IMG/VR virus record: IMGVR_UViG_3300032293_001310
Location: 17,404 to 81,403 of that record
Origin: a virus
Length of the DNA: 64,000 bases
Direction: 5' to 3' (one strand)
The position numbers and the translations under genes were made by a program. Shown here piece by piece: positions 1-10,436 of this stretch (position 1 is its first letter; the number at the start of each line of letters is the position of its first letter). Below the pieces are notes generated by a model, which was not told the origin of the DNA, did not search any database, and saw nothing but the letters and a program-made list of their open reading frames with translations.

Positions 1-2
1 GC

Positions 3-716
3 GGTCAAGTAGTCACTGCATCTATTTCTGTTATACCCAGTCAATCTTATTCTATTGTAATCGGTGCCGGTGGGTCGGGTGCAACAAATCCAGCAACTAC
101 TGGGTATGCCACTAGTGGCGGAGACACATATTTTGCAAAAAGCATATTTTCTGCCGGTGGGGGTGGTGGGGGAGGAAATACCGGAAATCTTTTACCGGAT
201 ACTCACAATTATGGAAGACAAGGAGGAAATGGCGGAGGAAATGGATCTGGTACGGGACGCGCAGTGATAGATACCGGAATAAAAATGTCTTCTTCATTTA
301 TAGCCAATGCCGGCTTTCCAGGATCTAATACCGGAGGTGGTGGGGCGGGCGGGGCACCTGTCAGTAGTACAGCCGGTGCAGGATTGACTGTCCAATTAGT
401 TACTCCTACTGGTAGATTTTCTGGTTCTTTGGCATCTTCCACTTTTGGTGGTGGCGGTGGAGGTGGCACAGGATATCGTCCCGGTCCTCCTCCCGGACGA
501 AGTTTTGGTGGATCTGGAGGAGGCGGTAATGGTGGATATTGGTCATACATATCATCCATATGGGCTCACAATACTCCCACCGCTGGTACAATAAATACCG
601 GCGGAGGTGGAGGCGGAGCAGCGTCCAGTGGAGTAGCAAATTCATTCAATTCTGATTCTGGTGCCAACGGTGGATCTGGTGTCGTTTATTTAATATATGA
701 AAGAACTACGCTATAA
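3..716 (+). CDS. Glycine-rich domain protein, probable tail fibre/virion protein (5'-truncated by window edge)
   Basis: Frame 3 is open from position 3 (GQVVTASISVIPSQSYSIVIGAGG...) to the stop at 716; Gly-rich repeats and the C-terminal 'GANGGSGVVYL' are typical of phage Gly-rich fibre domains. Confidence 0.7.
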   Translation, partial: GQVVTASISVIPSQSYSIVIGAGGSGATNPATTGYATSGGDTYFAKSIFSAGGGGGGGNTGNLLPDTHNYGRQGGNGGGNGSGTGRAVIDTGIKMSSSFIANAGFPGSNTGGGGAGGAPVSSTAGAGLTVQLVTPTGRFSGSLASSTFGGGGGGGTGYRPGPPPGRSFGGSGGGGNGGYWSYISSIWAHNTPTAGTINTGGGGGGAASSGVANSFNSDSGANGGSGVVYLIYERTTL

Positions 717-1376
717 AGATATTCTTTCGTACTTAAATTTTTCAAAATCTTCTGTATAGGTTGTGTAAATAAATTCTTCGATCTCGCGAGTATAATGCAT
801 TAAATAATGCGACATTTCTTTTGATTTATTTTTATGCGGCAATATTTTTCCATTACTTAATTTAAATAAATCGTGAACAACATTATTTAAATTTTCATAT
901 CTATACAGAATATCAACGTCGTTTAAATTTTCGTCTTCGTTTTTTAAAAAACTATATTGAGTTTCCAAGTGACCATCAAATTCATATATTCTTTCCAATT
1001 TAGTTAAACTTTTGACGTATTGAACATAATTAGAAAAAGACAATTTATGCCAATTACAAGTGTATTTGTATTCAGAAAAAAATCGGTCGTATGGGTTCCT
1101 AACCATTGAAATTTTTTTGTAGCCATAAAATATTTCAGGCTCCAGTATTTTTTCAAGTTCCACTAAAGTAAAATGTTGTGGAGATTTCATGTAACATTCT
1201 CTGTACTCGATATCTGTAAATTTTTCTTGCGGTATTAATTTTATTGTATTATTAGTTTGCCCCTCGTGGTAAAAATTTTTTAAACAAGACATATCGTCAA
1301 ATAAACTGGCGAATGATGTACCCGCACACTTGGGTATATGTACAAAAATAATCTTATGTATATGACTTATTGGCAT
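711..1376 (-). CDS. Sulfotransferase family 2 protein
   Basis: PAPS-binding motifs FVHIPKCAGTS and VRNPYDRFFSEY; C-terminal YxEDFEKFKY. Confidence 0.85.
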   Translation of the reverse strand: MPISHIHKIIFVHIPKCAGTSFASLFDDMSCLKNFYHEGQTNNTIKLIPQEKFTDIEYRECYMKSPQHFTLVELEKILEPEIFYGYKKISMVRNPYDRFFSEYKYTCNWHKLSFSNYVQYVKSLTKLERIYEFDGHLETQYSFLKNEDENLNDVDILYRYENLNNVVHDLFKLSNGKILPHKNKSKEMSHYLMHYTREIEEFIYTTYTEDFEKFKYERISL

Positions 1377-2371
1377 ATGTTGTATTTTTTTGAATAGGCT
1401 GATATAAACTTATATTTAAAAGAAGGATTTGCGGAACTTCCGGCAAAATGATATAGTTTTTTTTCTTGGGTTGACTCGTATATTGACCAATCTAGTGTTT
1501 TATCAAATATGTTTGGAATACTTTTAGTCAAATTTGTAATCCCATTTAATATTCCATAATTGCATAATTTTTTTATAACAAAATATTGATTTAAAAAAGA
1601 TTGTTCAAAAAAATATACGGATGGCCAAACTTTCATCAACCATCTTACATTTTCAAAATGCGATTTCATTTGTTCTGTATTTGTCAGTAAGAATTGCCCC
1701 GCATTGAATACAACAGGATCCTCTTTCTGTATACAATTCCACTCGTCTGGCAAAAAATGACATACGCTGTGAGTAATTGTTGCTGCCGAAATAATTCTGT
1801 AATCGATTGTATTTTCTTGTTTATATAGTTTGTATTGATTGTCCACCGTTTCAAGTTTATAATATACACCATCAAACAAGTGGGATATATCACCCGCACA
1901 AAGAATATCTGCATCAAGAAACAGAATATTCTTGTATAGATTTATTCGGGGATAATCAAAAATCAACAACTTTGATGCTGACGCTTCTACACAATCTTCT
2001 GGCGTATCTATAATGTAAAAATCGTAAGAAAACTTACTCAATTCGGATATAGAGCGTATTGCCTTGTGATGTAAATTGTCGGTGATTATAAGCAAATCAA
2101 ATTTTTTTGGGTCGTTGTGCTTTATTATACTTTTTATCAAAAGTTCAAAGAGCATAACGAATCCGGCACCAAATACTGAAAAGTATATCAAATTTTTGTC
2201 TCCGATTGGAGTGGTTGGTTTACTGATTGCCGCTGTATATTTTTCATTTAAAATATTTAATATAATATTTTTGTCCTCGGGTATTCCTCTATACTTTGTA
2301 TTTTTGTTAAATTTTATATGATTTTTTGATGCATATAAAGCGCGATTGAACAAATCTGTTTCAACATTCAT
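1367..2371 (-). CDS. Glycosyltransferase family 8-like protein
   Basis: LFLDAD (DxD), FNAG, EQSFLN and HFAG motifs. Confidence 0.8.
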   Translation of the reverse strand: MNVETDLFNRALYASKNHIKFNKNTKYRGIPEDKNIILNILNEKYTAAISKPTTPIGDKNLIYFSVFGAGFVMLFELLIKSIIKHNDPKKFDLLIITDNLHHKAIRSISELSKFSYDFYIIDTPEDCVEASASKLLIFDYPRINLYKNILFLDADILCAGDISHLFDGVYYKLETVDNQYKLYKQENTIDYRIISAATITHSVCHFLPDEWNCIQKEDPVVFNAGQFLLTNTEQMKSHFENVRWLMKVWPSVYFFEQSFLNQYFVIKKLCNYGILNGITNLTKSIPNIFDKTLDWSIYESTQEKKLYHFAGSSANPSFKYKFISAYSKKYNICQ

Positions 2372-2432
2372 TTTATATATTTTTTTTATTTATCTTCTAT
2401 ATATATACATATATAAACCGTTATATAACATT

Positions 2433-2723
2433 ATGGAACTAAATCAACCAAATACACAAGTATCATCAAATAGTCCAAAAACTTTTGATGCGTCAGAACT
2501 ACAAGAACTAACTGCTATTCGTGAAGCATATGAACAAACTACTGTTTCACTTGGTCAATTGGAAATGCAAAAGCGTGAATTGGCTAAAACAGAAAAGCGA
2601 GTTAATGAACGATTAACTGCCATAGAAGCACAAGAAAAAGTATTCTTAGATAAGATCGTAGCCAAGTATGGCGAAGGTACGTTCGACATCAATACAGGAA
2701 TATTTACACCAAAATCCAAATAA
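2433..2723 (+). CDS. Hypothetical coiled-coil protein
   Basis: ATG at 2433 is more plausible than the ORF-track start; heptad pattern; C-terminal KYGEGTFDINTGIF. Confidence 0.7.
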   Translation: MELNQPNTQVSSNSPKTFDASELQELTAIREAYEQTTVSLGQLEMQKRELAKTEKRVNERLTAIEAQEKVFLDKIVAKYGEGTFDINTGIFTPKSK

Positions 2724-2746
2724 TAGATATATTTATTATAATACCC

Positions 2747-2776
2747 AAAATCCTCCATATTAGTGGAGGATTTTTT
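2747..2776 (+). terminator. Intrinsic terminator
   Basis: AAAATCCTCCA/TGGAGGATTTT stem followed by a T-run. Confidence 0.75.
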
Positions 2777-2838
2777 ATTGTTTGAAAAATTAGTGTCATA
2801 TTTATATTTACAACTTTTTATATAGGAGTTAAAAAACT

Positions 2839-5800
2839 ATGGCAATCGAACAAAATGGAAATTATAGCCCTTCAGAACGCATCGTTTCGCCTGGTGTATT
2901 CACCAGAGAAATAGATCAGTCGTTTCTTGCACAGGGTGTAGCAGCAATCGGCGGTGTGGTAGTCGCTCCGTTCCCAAAAGGACCGGGCTTTTCACCAACC
3001 GTGATCAATAGTGAAGGTGACTTAACTAGCATATTCGGTGATGCAGATGGTACGCTATACGGACCAATCACTGCACAGCAATATCTTCGTCAACAAGGAC
3101 AAGTAACAGTTGTTCGTGTTGGTGGTCTTTCCGGATACAACCAGAAACAGGGACTATTTGTCACCGCACTACCTGGTCAATATGCCAGATTCGTTGAAAC
3201 TGGTAGTGTATCTGGATCTTTGCTGGATTCTACACTATATCCAAATTCTTCGGTAGATCACGAATTTTATATCACGGGCAGCGTTAGTGTCACTTTTGAC
3301 AGTGGATACTATGAAGGAGAAACGATTGAAATTGGTACCTTGCAAGTAAAAACTTGGAAACGTACTTCCACTATGTTGTATGGAGCATCAACTGCATCCG
3401 GAGACTGCTTGGATACATTTGTTGCAACCGCTTCATTTGAAAATACTCCAATTACTATCATTGGTTCTGCTCCATGGAACGGTGTAAAAGTTCAACAACT
3501 CACGATACGTAGAGTACCAGGAGCATGCGACTTTGAATTGGAAATAGAAGCAATTCTTTCTGGTTCATACGGTCCATTCAATCCAAATGCATTTACTGCT
3601 GGCACAATATCCTCGGAAGATGGTTGCGGAAGCGCTTCAGCAATTCCTGCAAGAGACGAAGTTGTATTGGCGGTACTAGCAAATACAGCATACGACCGTG
3701 GCCAAAATCTATACGGATTTAGCGGATCGCTGTTGTATACATCATCCGCAGCGGCAGTTACTACGGATTTTTCTCTCGCGCTAAATACAATCTACACCGA
3801 TGGAAGTGGCAATACCGCAAGTTCGTCTTACGGTACATATCGTTTCTCGTTGGATGAAGAATCGAACAGTTACATCACCAATGTATTTGGTACCGATCCA
3901 AAGGCTGGATTCGTTCCAGTTGCTGCCGGTCAAAAGATTGAAGCGGCCTACACATACAAGAATTTCAAGAGCCGTACAAAAACGGTGATAAATGAAATGC
4001 TTGCGTCCGGTAGTTGGAAGATTGCAATTGCTACTCGCAACGCACTTGTGTTTGAAGACGGCATCGAACCAGCAGACGGTACTTCTACGTTCGATCTTAC
4101 GAACGCATACACACCGTTCATTCGCTCACAGTTGATCGCTCCTTTCACCGGAAGTGGAGTTTCTTCTAGTGCAGCATATGATCTGTTCAAGGTTCATACA
4201 CTAACAGACGGTACATCTGCAAATACCGCATATAAGGTTGAAATATCAAACGTTAAATCCGCAGGTTCTATACCGGGAAGTTCGTATGGGTCATTCACAT
4301 TGGCTGTTCGCAGTTATAGCGACACCGACCTGAAGCCTGTATATCTAGAACGCTTTGACAATCTAAGTTTGGATGTCAATAGCGCCAACTACATCGCTCG
4401 TCGTATCGGCGATACATACAACTATATTGACTTCAATGGTAAGATTCTGGAATTCGGAGACTTCCCACAAAAGAGTAAATATATCCGCGTCGAAATGGCT
4501 ACTGCTCCATGGCCAGTAGACTCAATCCCATACGGATTTGGTCCATATGCTGCACCAGTTGGTGGAGACTTTGCCCGTCTAGGTAAGGTCACTCCAATGC
4601 AATACTGTTCCGCGTCTGCATATTTGCTACAACCGGGCAGATATGCTTCTGGAATAGTATTCCAGCCAGCCCCTGCACAAGCCGATGATGAACTAAAGGC
4701 GCTGTATCCAAACGGCTCATCCGTTGGTCCAGAATTGGATAACAAGCAATATTTTGCTCCAATACCTCAAGGTTCTTCTGTGGGTAAGAATGTTGCGTTC
4801 GACTTGGAAACATATTGCGGAGTTTCTCCACTGTATGTCGCTTCTCAAGAAAACACAAACGTAAAGAAACGTCGCTTTGTGCTAGGATTCCAAGGCGGAT
4901 TCGATGGTCAATCTCCTTCTGTTCCATTGTTGATTGGTAATGATATATTACCAACAAATCAACAAGGACTAGATTGCGCGACATCGACAAGCCGTGGTAC
5001 ATATGCATACAGACAAGCAATCGCTGCTCTAAGTAATGCAGATGAGTTTGATTTCAACCTCATCACAACGCCTGGTGTAAATTATCAACATCACGCATAT
5101 ATATCATCAGCAATTGTTGATATGTGCGAACGCCGTGGCGATGCATTCTATATCATGGATGTTGCTCCAAACCAAAGTGCTGGTGCATCTTCCATACAGA
5201 ACGCAGTTGATCTCGCTGGTCAGTTTGACACAAACTACGCCGCGACATACTATCCTTGGGTCAAGGTAGTTGAAACAAACAGCAATAAGATTATGCCGGT
5301 TCCTCCTTCGGTCGTAATGATGAGCGTTTATGCAGCAAACGATAAGGTTGCAGCCGAATGGTTTGCTCCAGCAGGTCTAAACCGTGGTGGTATTCCAACC
5401 GCCGTATCTGTTGCTGACAGATTGACACATACTGAACGTGACACTCTATACGAAGGTCACGTAAACCCAATCGCCGCATTTCCTGGTCAAGGTGTTGTGG
5501 CTTGGGGTCAGAAGACGCTACAACGCAATCCAAGCGCATTGGATCGCGTAAATGTTCGCCGTCTATTGATTGCGTTGAAGAAGTTCATCGCTTCTTCTTC
5601 GAGATTCCTAGTATTCGAACAGAATGTAGCAACAACCCGTCAGCGCTTCCTGAATATCGTAAATCCATATTTGGAAAGCGTACAACAACGTTCTGGCGTA
5701 TATGCCTTCAAGGTTGTTATGGATGACAGCAACAATACACCTGATCTAGTTGATCGTGGTATATTGTATGGTCAAATCTATATTCAGCCAACACGTACCG

Positions 5801-5862
5801 CTGAAATGATTGTATTGGACTTCAATGTACTACCAACTGGTGCTGCATTTCCAGGAGCCTAA
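2839..5862 (+). CDS. Contractile tail sheath protein (T4 gp18-like)
   Basis: N-terminal SPGVFTREID; C-terminal WFAPAGLNRG, GQKTLQ, LDRVNVRRL, FEQN, IQPTRTAEMI motifs. Confidence 0.95.
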   Translation: MAIEQNGNYSPSERIVSPGVFTREIDQSFLAQGVAAIGGVVVAPFPKGPGFSPTVINSEGDLTSIFGDADGTLYGPITAQQYLRQQGQVTVVRVGGLSGYNQKQGLFVTALPGQYARFVETGSVSGSLLDSTLYPNSSVDHEFYITGSVSVTFDSGYYEGETIEIGTLQVKTWKRTSTMLYGASTASGDCLDTFVATASFENTPITIIGSAPWNGVKVQQLTIRRVPGACDFELEIEAILSGSYGPFNPNAFTAGTISSEDGCGSASAIPARDEVVLAVLANTAYDRGQNLYGFSGSLLYTSSAAAVTTDFSLALNTIYTDGSGNTASSSYGTYRFSLDEESNSYITNVFGTDPKAGFVPVAAGQKIEAAYTYKNFKSRTKTVINEMLASGSWKIAIATRNALVFEDGIEPADGTSTFDLTNAYTPFIRSQLIAPFTGSGVSSSAAYDLFKVHTLTDGTSANTAYKVEISNVKSAGSIPGSSYGSFTLAVRSYSDTDLKPVYLERFDNLSLDVNSANYIARRIGDTYNYIDFNGKILEFGDFPQKSKYIRVEMATAPWPVDSIPYGFGPYAAPVGGDFARLGKVTPMQYCSASAYLLQPGRYASGIVFQPAPAQADDELKALYPNGSSVGPELDNKQYFAPIPQGSSVGKNVAFDLETYCGVSPLYVASQENTNVKKRRFVLGFQGGFDGQSPSVPLLIGNDILPTNQQGLDCATSTSRGTYAYRQAIAALSNADEFDFNLITTPGVNYQHHAYISSAIVDMCERRGDAFYIMDVAPNQSAGASSIQNAVDLAGQFDTNYAATYYPWVKVVETNSNKIMPVPPSVVMMSVYAANDKVAAEWFAPAGLNRGGIPTAVSVADRLTHTERDTLYEGHVNPIAAFPGQGVVAWGQKTLQRNPSALDRVNVRRLLIALKKFIASSSRFLVFEQNVATTRQRFLNIVNPYLESVQQRSGVYAFKVVMDDSNNTPDLVDRGILYGQIYIQPTRTAEMIVLDFNVLPTGAAFPGA

Positions 5863-5881
5863 TATATAAAAAGTTAAAATC

Positions 5882-5910
5882 AAAAGCCCACCGAAAGGTG
5901 GGCTTTTTTA
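5882..5910 (+). terminator. Intrinsic terminator
   Basis: AAAAGCCCACC-GAAA-GGTGGGCTTTT hairpin with T-tract. Confidence 0.9.
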
Positions 5911-5946
5911 TTGCTATTTGATGAACATCTGCTATATTTATAAAAT

Positions 5947-6510
5947 ATGCATATACTCCTAAAAACTCTATTAAAAGAAGTAGAAGAAAAGTCTCCCTTA
6001 AAATATCAAATGTATGTGGATATGGACGGAGTTCTTGTAAATCTTGATAAAGGGTTCAAGGCAGTTTCTGGTGGATTATCTCCAAAGGAATACGAAGATA
6101 AAAATGGTAAAAACACTTTTTGGAAAGTAGTAAATAAAAATCCCAACTTCTGGCTTGAGTTAGAACCATTACCAGATGCTAAAGTTTTGTGGGACTATAT
6201 AAAAGATACGTTTGAAGATCCTCCTGCGGTTGTGTTGAGTGCTGGACAAGGAAATAAAATAACAGAACAAAAAACTGCGTGGATACGTAAGCATATAGAT
6301 CCCAGTGTCAAAGTCATCATAGCAAAATCTGGCATTAAAAAATCGGAATATATTATTGACGGCGCGGGTACTAAACTTACTCATATACTACTTGATGATA
6401 CAGACAAGAATATAACTGCTTGGGAAAATTCCGGTGAAAATAGAATTGCTATTTTACATAAAGATGCGGCGAGCAGCATAAATAAGATTAAACAGATTGT
6501 GTCTGTATGA
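5947..6510 (+). CDS. HAD-superfamily 5'(3')-deoxyribonucleotidase-like protein
   Basis: DMDGVL motif I, K..W, LLDD..N..W motif IV. Confidence 0.8.
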   Translation: MHILLKTLLKEVEEKSPLKYQMYVDMDGVLVNLDKGFKAVSGGLSPKEYEDKNGKNTFWKVVNKNPNFWLELEPLPDAKVLWDYIKDTFEDPPAVVLSAGQGNKITEQKTAWIRKHIDPSVKVIIAKSGIKKSEYIIDGAGTKLTHILLDDTDKNITAWENSGENRIAILHKDAASSINKIKQIVSV

Positions 6511-6755
6511 ATCACGTTTCGCTAAAATCTTTGCTGCTAAAAGAACAATTTCATGTATCCGACATGGTTATGCTTGAAAAGGCGTGCAAGGCTTTTGCAG
6601 ACGTATTAATAAAAAACAATATTGTAGCACATCATCATAAAGATCTTACAGCAGCAGATACTCCTATATCTCAATATTCAGAAGATATAGCAGAAGTTGT
6701 TCGCAATGAAGTAATCAAATGGATGGATGTAGCAAACGGACGAGGTGGCAGATGA
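6507..6755 (+). CDS. Hypothetical protein
   Basis: ATGA overlaps with both neighbours; N-terminal SLKSLLLKE motif. Confidence 0.65.
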   Translation: MNHVSLKSLLLKEQFHVSDMVMLEKACKAFADVLIKNNIVAHHHKDLTAADTPISQYSEDIAEVVRNEVIKWMDVANGRGGR

Positions 6756-7660
6756 ATTATCCTTTATACAACGACAAACTTGCTCCTATATGGAACATCA
6801 ATGAAGATGGCGCGAGACTTGATGATGAAGTAAGAAAATCGCTCATCAAGATTGCGATGGATTTTGTGCAGGATCTAAAAAAGAACCAAGATATAAACAT
6901 CAAGATCGATGACATACTTCTTATTGGTTCTATCACCAATTATAATTGGACGCCATATTCAGATATTGATCTACATATATCAACCGATTTTTCCAAACTT
7001 GATATGAGCAAAGAAGATGCACAGGCTATGTTTGATGCGATTAAAACTGGTTGGAATAGCAAGCACGACATTGTGATGAAAAACTTTGATGTTGAGTTAT
7101 ATGTTGAAGATATAGGGGCAGAACAGGTGTCTGCATCGAAGTATAGCGTTCTAAGAAATGAATGGATAAAAGAACCAAAGAAAGAAAGTCCAAACTTCAA
7201 TAAGTCGCTTATAAAAAAGAAGTATAAAGAATACTCAAAGAAGATAGATGACTTGATGGATGCAGACAGCGAAAAGCCGCTAAAAGATTTACTCGAAAAG
7301 ATATACAAGTTTCGTCAAGCGGGATTAGATAAGGGCGGAGAACTAAGTGAAGAAAATATTGTATTCAAGATACTAAGAGCAAGGGGCAAGTTGGATAAAC
7401 TAAAAGACACTATATCAGCGATTTACGACGATAAGATGAGTGTCGATGAAATCGCCATGAACAATAGTTATTATGAGAAGGATGTTCAAGACGCGGCAGA
7501 TGATATATATGCGATTGCAAAAGCGTTAAAAGTATATCCAGATATTGAACCATATATCAAAAAGATATCATTAAAATACAAGAAGTATTCGGACGATGTG
7601 CATATAGACATCGCAAGGGCATTTTCAAAGCTTAGAAAACAACAAATAAAAACATCTTGA
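6752..7660 (+). CDS. Pol-beta superfamily nucleotidyltransferase
   Basis: GSxxNYNWxxxSDIDLH motif plus third acidic residue in VELY; ATG at 6752 overlaps the upstream stop. Confidence 0.8.
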   Translation: MNYPLYNDKLAPIWNINEDGARLDDEVRKSLIKIAMDFVQDLKKNQDINIKIDDILLIGSITNYNWTPYSDIDLHISTDFSKLDMSKEDAQAMFDAIKTGWNSKHDIVMKNFDVELYVEDIGAEQVSASKYSVLRNEWIKEPKKESPNFNKSLIKKKYKEYSKKIDDLMDADSEKPLKDLLEKIYKFRQAGLDKGGELSEENIVFKILRARGKLDKLKDTISAIYDDKMSVDEIAMNNSYYEKDVQDAADDIYAIAKALKVYPDIEPYIKKISLKYKKYSDDVHIDIARAFSKLRKQQIKTS

Positions 7661-7684
7661 CATAATATATCGGCGTGATAATAT
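7657..7684 (+). promoter_or_regulatory. Sigma70-like promoter, leaderless start
   Basis: TTGACA-N16-TAATAT with the ATG 7 nt downstream of the -10 box. Confidence 0.6.
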
Positions 7685-7690
7685 GTCGGT

Positions 7691-8380
7691 ATGCTAAAGA
7701 ATATTAAGTTTGCCCGGTTTGGCGGGCTTAGTTCAGTCAATCAAAAGGGATATGATTCGAACTGTGATGGCTATCATTCTCCTCCCGCCAAGCGTGGCTT
7801 TTATGCGTTTCTTTGGCCGCATTATGAGTTCTTTCTTCTCAGCGGTGGATTATGGACAAACTATCCTTGGTCAATAGGCACCAAGTTCAGTTACTTGAAA
7901 GACGCAAAGGGTAATATCATTGACGAAAATCATCCTGATCATGAATACTTTTCCAGCACAGGAAAGTATTGGAGCATTCCCACCAAAGAATGGTATTTTC
8001 ATCAGAAGAAACATCCTGAATATGAAGACCCCGAATATGATGCTAAGTTGGAGGCACATTGTATTGATTGGGAAACAAATCACGGAGATAAGCCCAAGTG
8101 GGTGTTGGTCCAAAAGCCTTCGCCCAGAATCTTTGAGTACAAAGGAAATATCTGGCATCATTTGACCTGCTATCTTGGACCTTCTGGTGCACTGAAGCAG
8201 AAAGGCGGTTGGACTCTTTCGCCGTTTGACGAATACGCAAAAGCATTACAAAAAAACATGCACGCTGGTCGCAGGACACAGTGCGAATACAGTTCCAAAA
8301 AAGGACTACCGAAGTCCAACAAAAATCCTTATGTGGGAATATCCAAGGATCATTTGGAAGTTTTTATTGAGAAAATTTGA
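7691..8380 (+). CDS. Hypothetical protein
   Basis: 229-aa ORF with its own promoter; no motif recognised. Confidence 0.7.
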   Translation: MLKNIKFARFGGLSSVNQKGYDSNCDGYHSPPAKRGFYAFLWPHYEFFLLSGGLWTNYPWSIGTKFSYLKDAKGNIIDENHPDHEYFSSTGKYWSIPTKEWYFHQKKHPEYEDPEYDAKLEAHCIDWETNHGDKPKWVLVQKPSPRIFEYKGNIWHHLTCYLGPSGALKQKGGWTLSPFDEYAKALQKNMHAGRRTQCEYSSKKGLPKSNKNPYVGISKDHLEVFIEKI

Positions 8381-8523
8381 GTAGTTGGTGTATATTTATA
8401 ATGTATATAAAAAGTGAGCATTTGTTGGAATACCTTGTTAAAAAAAAGTACCAAAAAATGCAGCATTTTATATTTTGTGCTATATTTATAAATAGAAAAA
8501 GAACACTTAACCAATAAAATACT

Positions 8524-9012
8524 ATGGCAGAACTACTAGACCAGAATCAAATATTTTTTACGGCCTTCGAGCCCAAGGTGCAGAACCGTTTCATCATGAA
8601 CATCGATGGAATTCCTGCATACCTGATCAAAGCCGCAGCACGTCCGAACATTAACGTCGGAACAATCACATTGGATCACATTAACTTGAAGCGTAAACTC
8701 AAGGGTAAGAGTGAATGGCAAGATATTTCAATTACATTGTACGACCCAATCGTTCCATCTGCTGCACAGGCTGCTATGGAATGGGTACGTCTTGCACACG
8801 AGTCTGTTACCGGTCGTAACGGCTATGCTGATATGTACAAGAAGGATATTCAAATTCAAGTTCTTGGTCCTGTTGGCGACGTTGTTGAAAAATGGGATAT
8901 CAAAGGTGCGTTTCCCAACTCAGTGAACTTCCAAACCATGGATTGGGCAAATGCAGAAGCAATGACAGTTGAAATAACACTGTCTATGGATTATTGCATC
9001 CTACAGTTCTAA
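8524..9012 (+). CDS. Tail tube protein (T4 gp19-like)
   Basis: FEPKxxNRF, W..ISITLYDPI, YKKDI, W.IKGAFP motifs; 162 aa; near the sheath gene. Confidence 0.9.
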   Translation: MAELLDQNQIFFTAFEPKVQNRFIMNIDGIPAYLIKAAARPNINVGTITLDHINLKRKLKGKSEWQDISITLYDPIVPSAAQAAMEWVRLAHESVTGRNGYADMYKKDIQIQVLGPVGDVVEKWDIKGAFPNSVNFQTMDWANAEAMTVEITLSMDYCILQF

Positions 9013-9037
9013 TATTATTATTATAGTGTTCTGTATT

Positions 9038-9068
9038 AAACCCTCACCATAAAAAGTGGGGGTTTTTT
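9038..9068 (+). terminator. Intrinsic terminator
   Basis: AAACCCTCAC/GTGGGGGTTT stem with T-tract. Confidence 0.75.
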
Positions 9069-9186
9069 ATTTTATCTTGACAAGTTTTCGTCTACCCCCT
9101 ATAACCCCGGGTATTACCTGAGTGAAACACAACTATATCATACTTTTTTATAGTATAGTTGATATTTATATATACTTAAAAATATT

Positions 9187-9867
9187 ATGAATAAATCAGA
9201 ACTAAAATCTATCATACGTGAAGTAGTTGAGGCAGTAATGAAAGACGACTTTGCTCCATTGGGCGTAGCACAGGAATGGAGATTGGATGAAGCCGGCCCT
9301 CCGGGATTTCCAAAAAAATTAAGAAAGCAGTTGATTACAAAGTATAAAAAGAAATATCCGAATGATGAAAAGCGTGCGATGAAGGCAGCATTTGGTACAA
9401 TGTGGAAGATCTTTTATGCCAAGAAAAAAGGAAACAAAAAAGTAAACGAAATGTGGGAAGCGTGTGAACGTCAAGAGATTGCGGAAATTTCTTTGACAGA
9501 AAATAATATCAACGAAGCCATACCAGACGAAGATCCAAATGATCCATTGTATGTTGAGTATCTAAGTGATAGACAGGGCGAAGACCCGTTTATGATGAAC
9601 GGAACTAAGTGGCAATATGTTAATGCAAAATATCCAAATGGCAAAAAAGATCTTGGTGTGTATTCCTTCGCCGAAGATATGGTTTATGGATACAACGCTT
9701 TTAGAACCAAATTTAATTTAAAAGAAGAAAAAAATGTTAAGGCAAAAAAGCAAGAGCATCCGCACGATGAAACGGACATGAGTAACCCAGAAGAAAAACG
9801 TGAAGTTGAGTTGGCAAAAAAAGCAAGAGATGCATCTGAAGAAATCTTAAAAATGCACGGAAAATAA
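9187..9867 (+). CDS. Hypothetical protein, probable head-packaged protein
   Basis: N-terminal MNKSELKSIIRE motif; preceded by TATTTATA. Confidence 0.7.
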   Translation: MNKSELKSIIREVVEAVMKDDFAPLGVAQEWRLDEAGPPGFPKKLRKQLITKYKKKYPNDEKRAMKAAFGTMWKIFYAKKKGNKKVNEMWEACERQEIAEISLTENNINEAIPDEDPNDPLYVEYLSDRQGEDPFMMNGTKWQYVNAKYPNGKKDLGVYSFAEDMVYGYNAFRTKFNLKEEKNVKAKKQEHPHDETDMSNPEEKREVELAKKARDASEEILKMHGK

Positions 9868-10430
9868 TGAATAAGTCTACACTCAAAGAAGTAATTCAAA
9901 ATGTGGTTGCTCATAAACTGGCGGAAACCAACGGTGATGCGTCAAAGTATGGATATATTATTTCCGGAAAAGACACCAACGATCCGCACCTTCAGTTAAT
10001 AGGTTATGGTAATATGCCAAAAAGTTATTGGCAAAAAAAACTTGACGGATACGCCGACGAGTTGAAGAAGAGAATTAAAGCCGAAGACTGGAATGCGGCG
10101 GTATACTTTATGAAGCAAAGTAGTGTATTCAATCTCGCAGTCAATATGATGAACGAAATATACGAAAAAGATCTTAATGAACTTGATACCACACTCGATT
10201 CATCTGCTGCTGAAACTGGATTGACTGACGCGGATAAAAAAGAACTAGAGAATCTAAAATCTCAGAGTGACAAACTAACTGCTAATATTAAAAAAATAGA
10301 AGGCGATATGGCTAAATTGCAACAAACCATTCAGCCAAAGATACAACGGGCAGAACGTGCAAAAGCAAAATTACAAAAGCAACAGTCCGATGTTATTCGT
10401 AAGCAGCAGTCCATACAAGACAGGGCTTGA
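9867..10430 (+). CDS. Hypothetical coiled-coil protein
   Basis: N-terminal MNKSTLKEVIQ; C-terminal coiled coil. Confidence 0.7.
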   Translation: MNKSTLKEVIQNVVAHKLAETNGDASKYGYIISGKDTNDPHLQLIGYGNMPKSYWQKKLDGYADELKKRIKAEDWNAAVYFMKQSSVFNLAVNMMNEIYEKDLNELDTTLDSSAAETGLTDADKKELENLKSQSDKLTANIKKIEGDMAKLQQTIQPKIQRAERAKAKLQKQQSDVIRKQQSIQDRA

Positions 10431-10436
10431 TATGTT

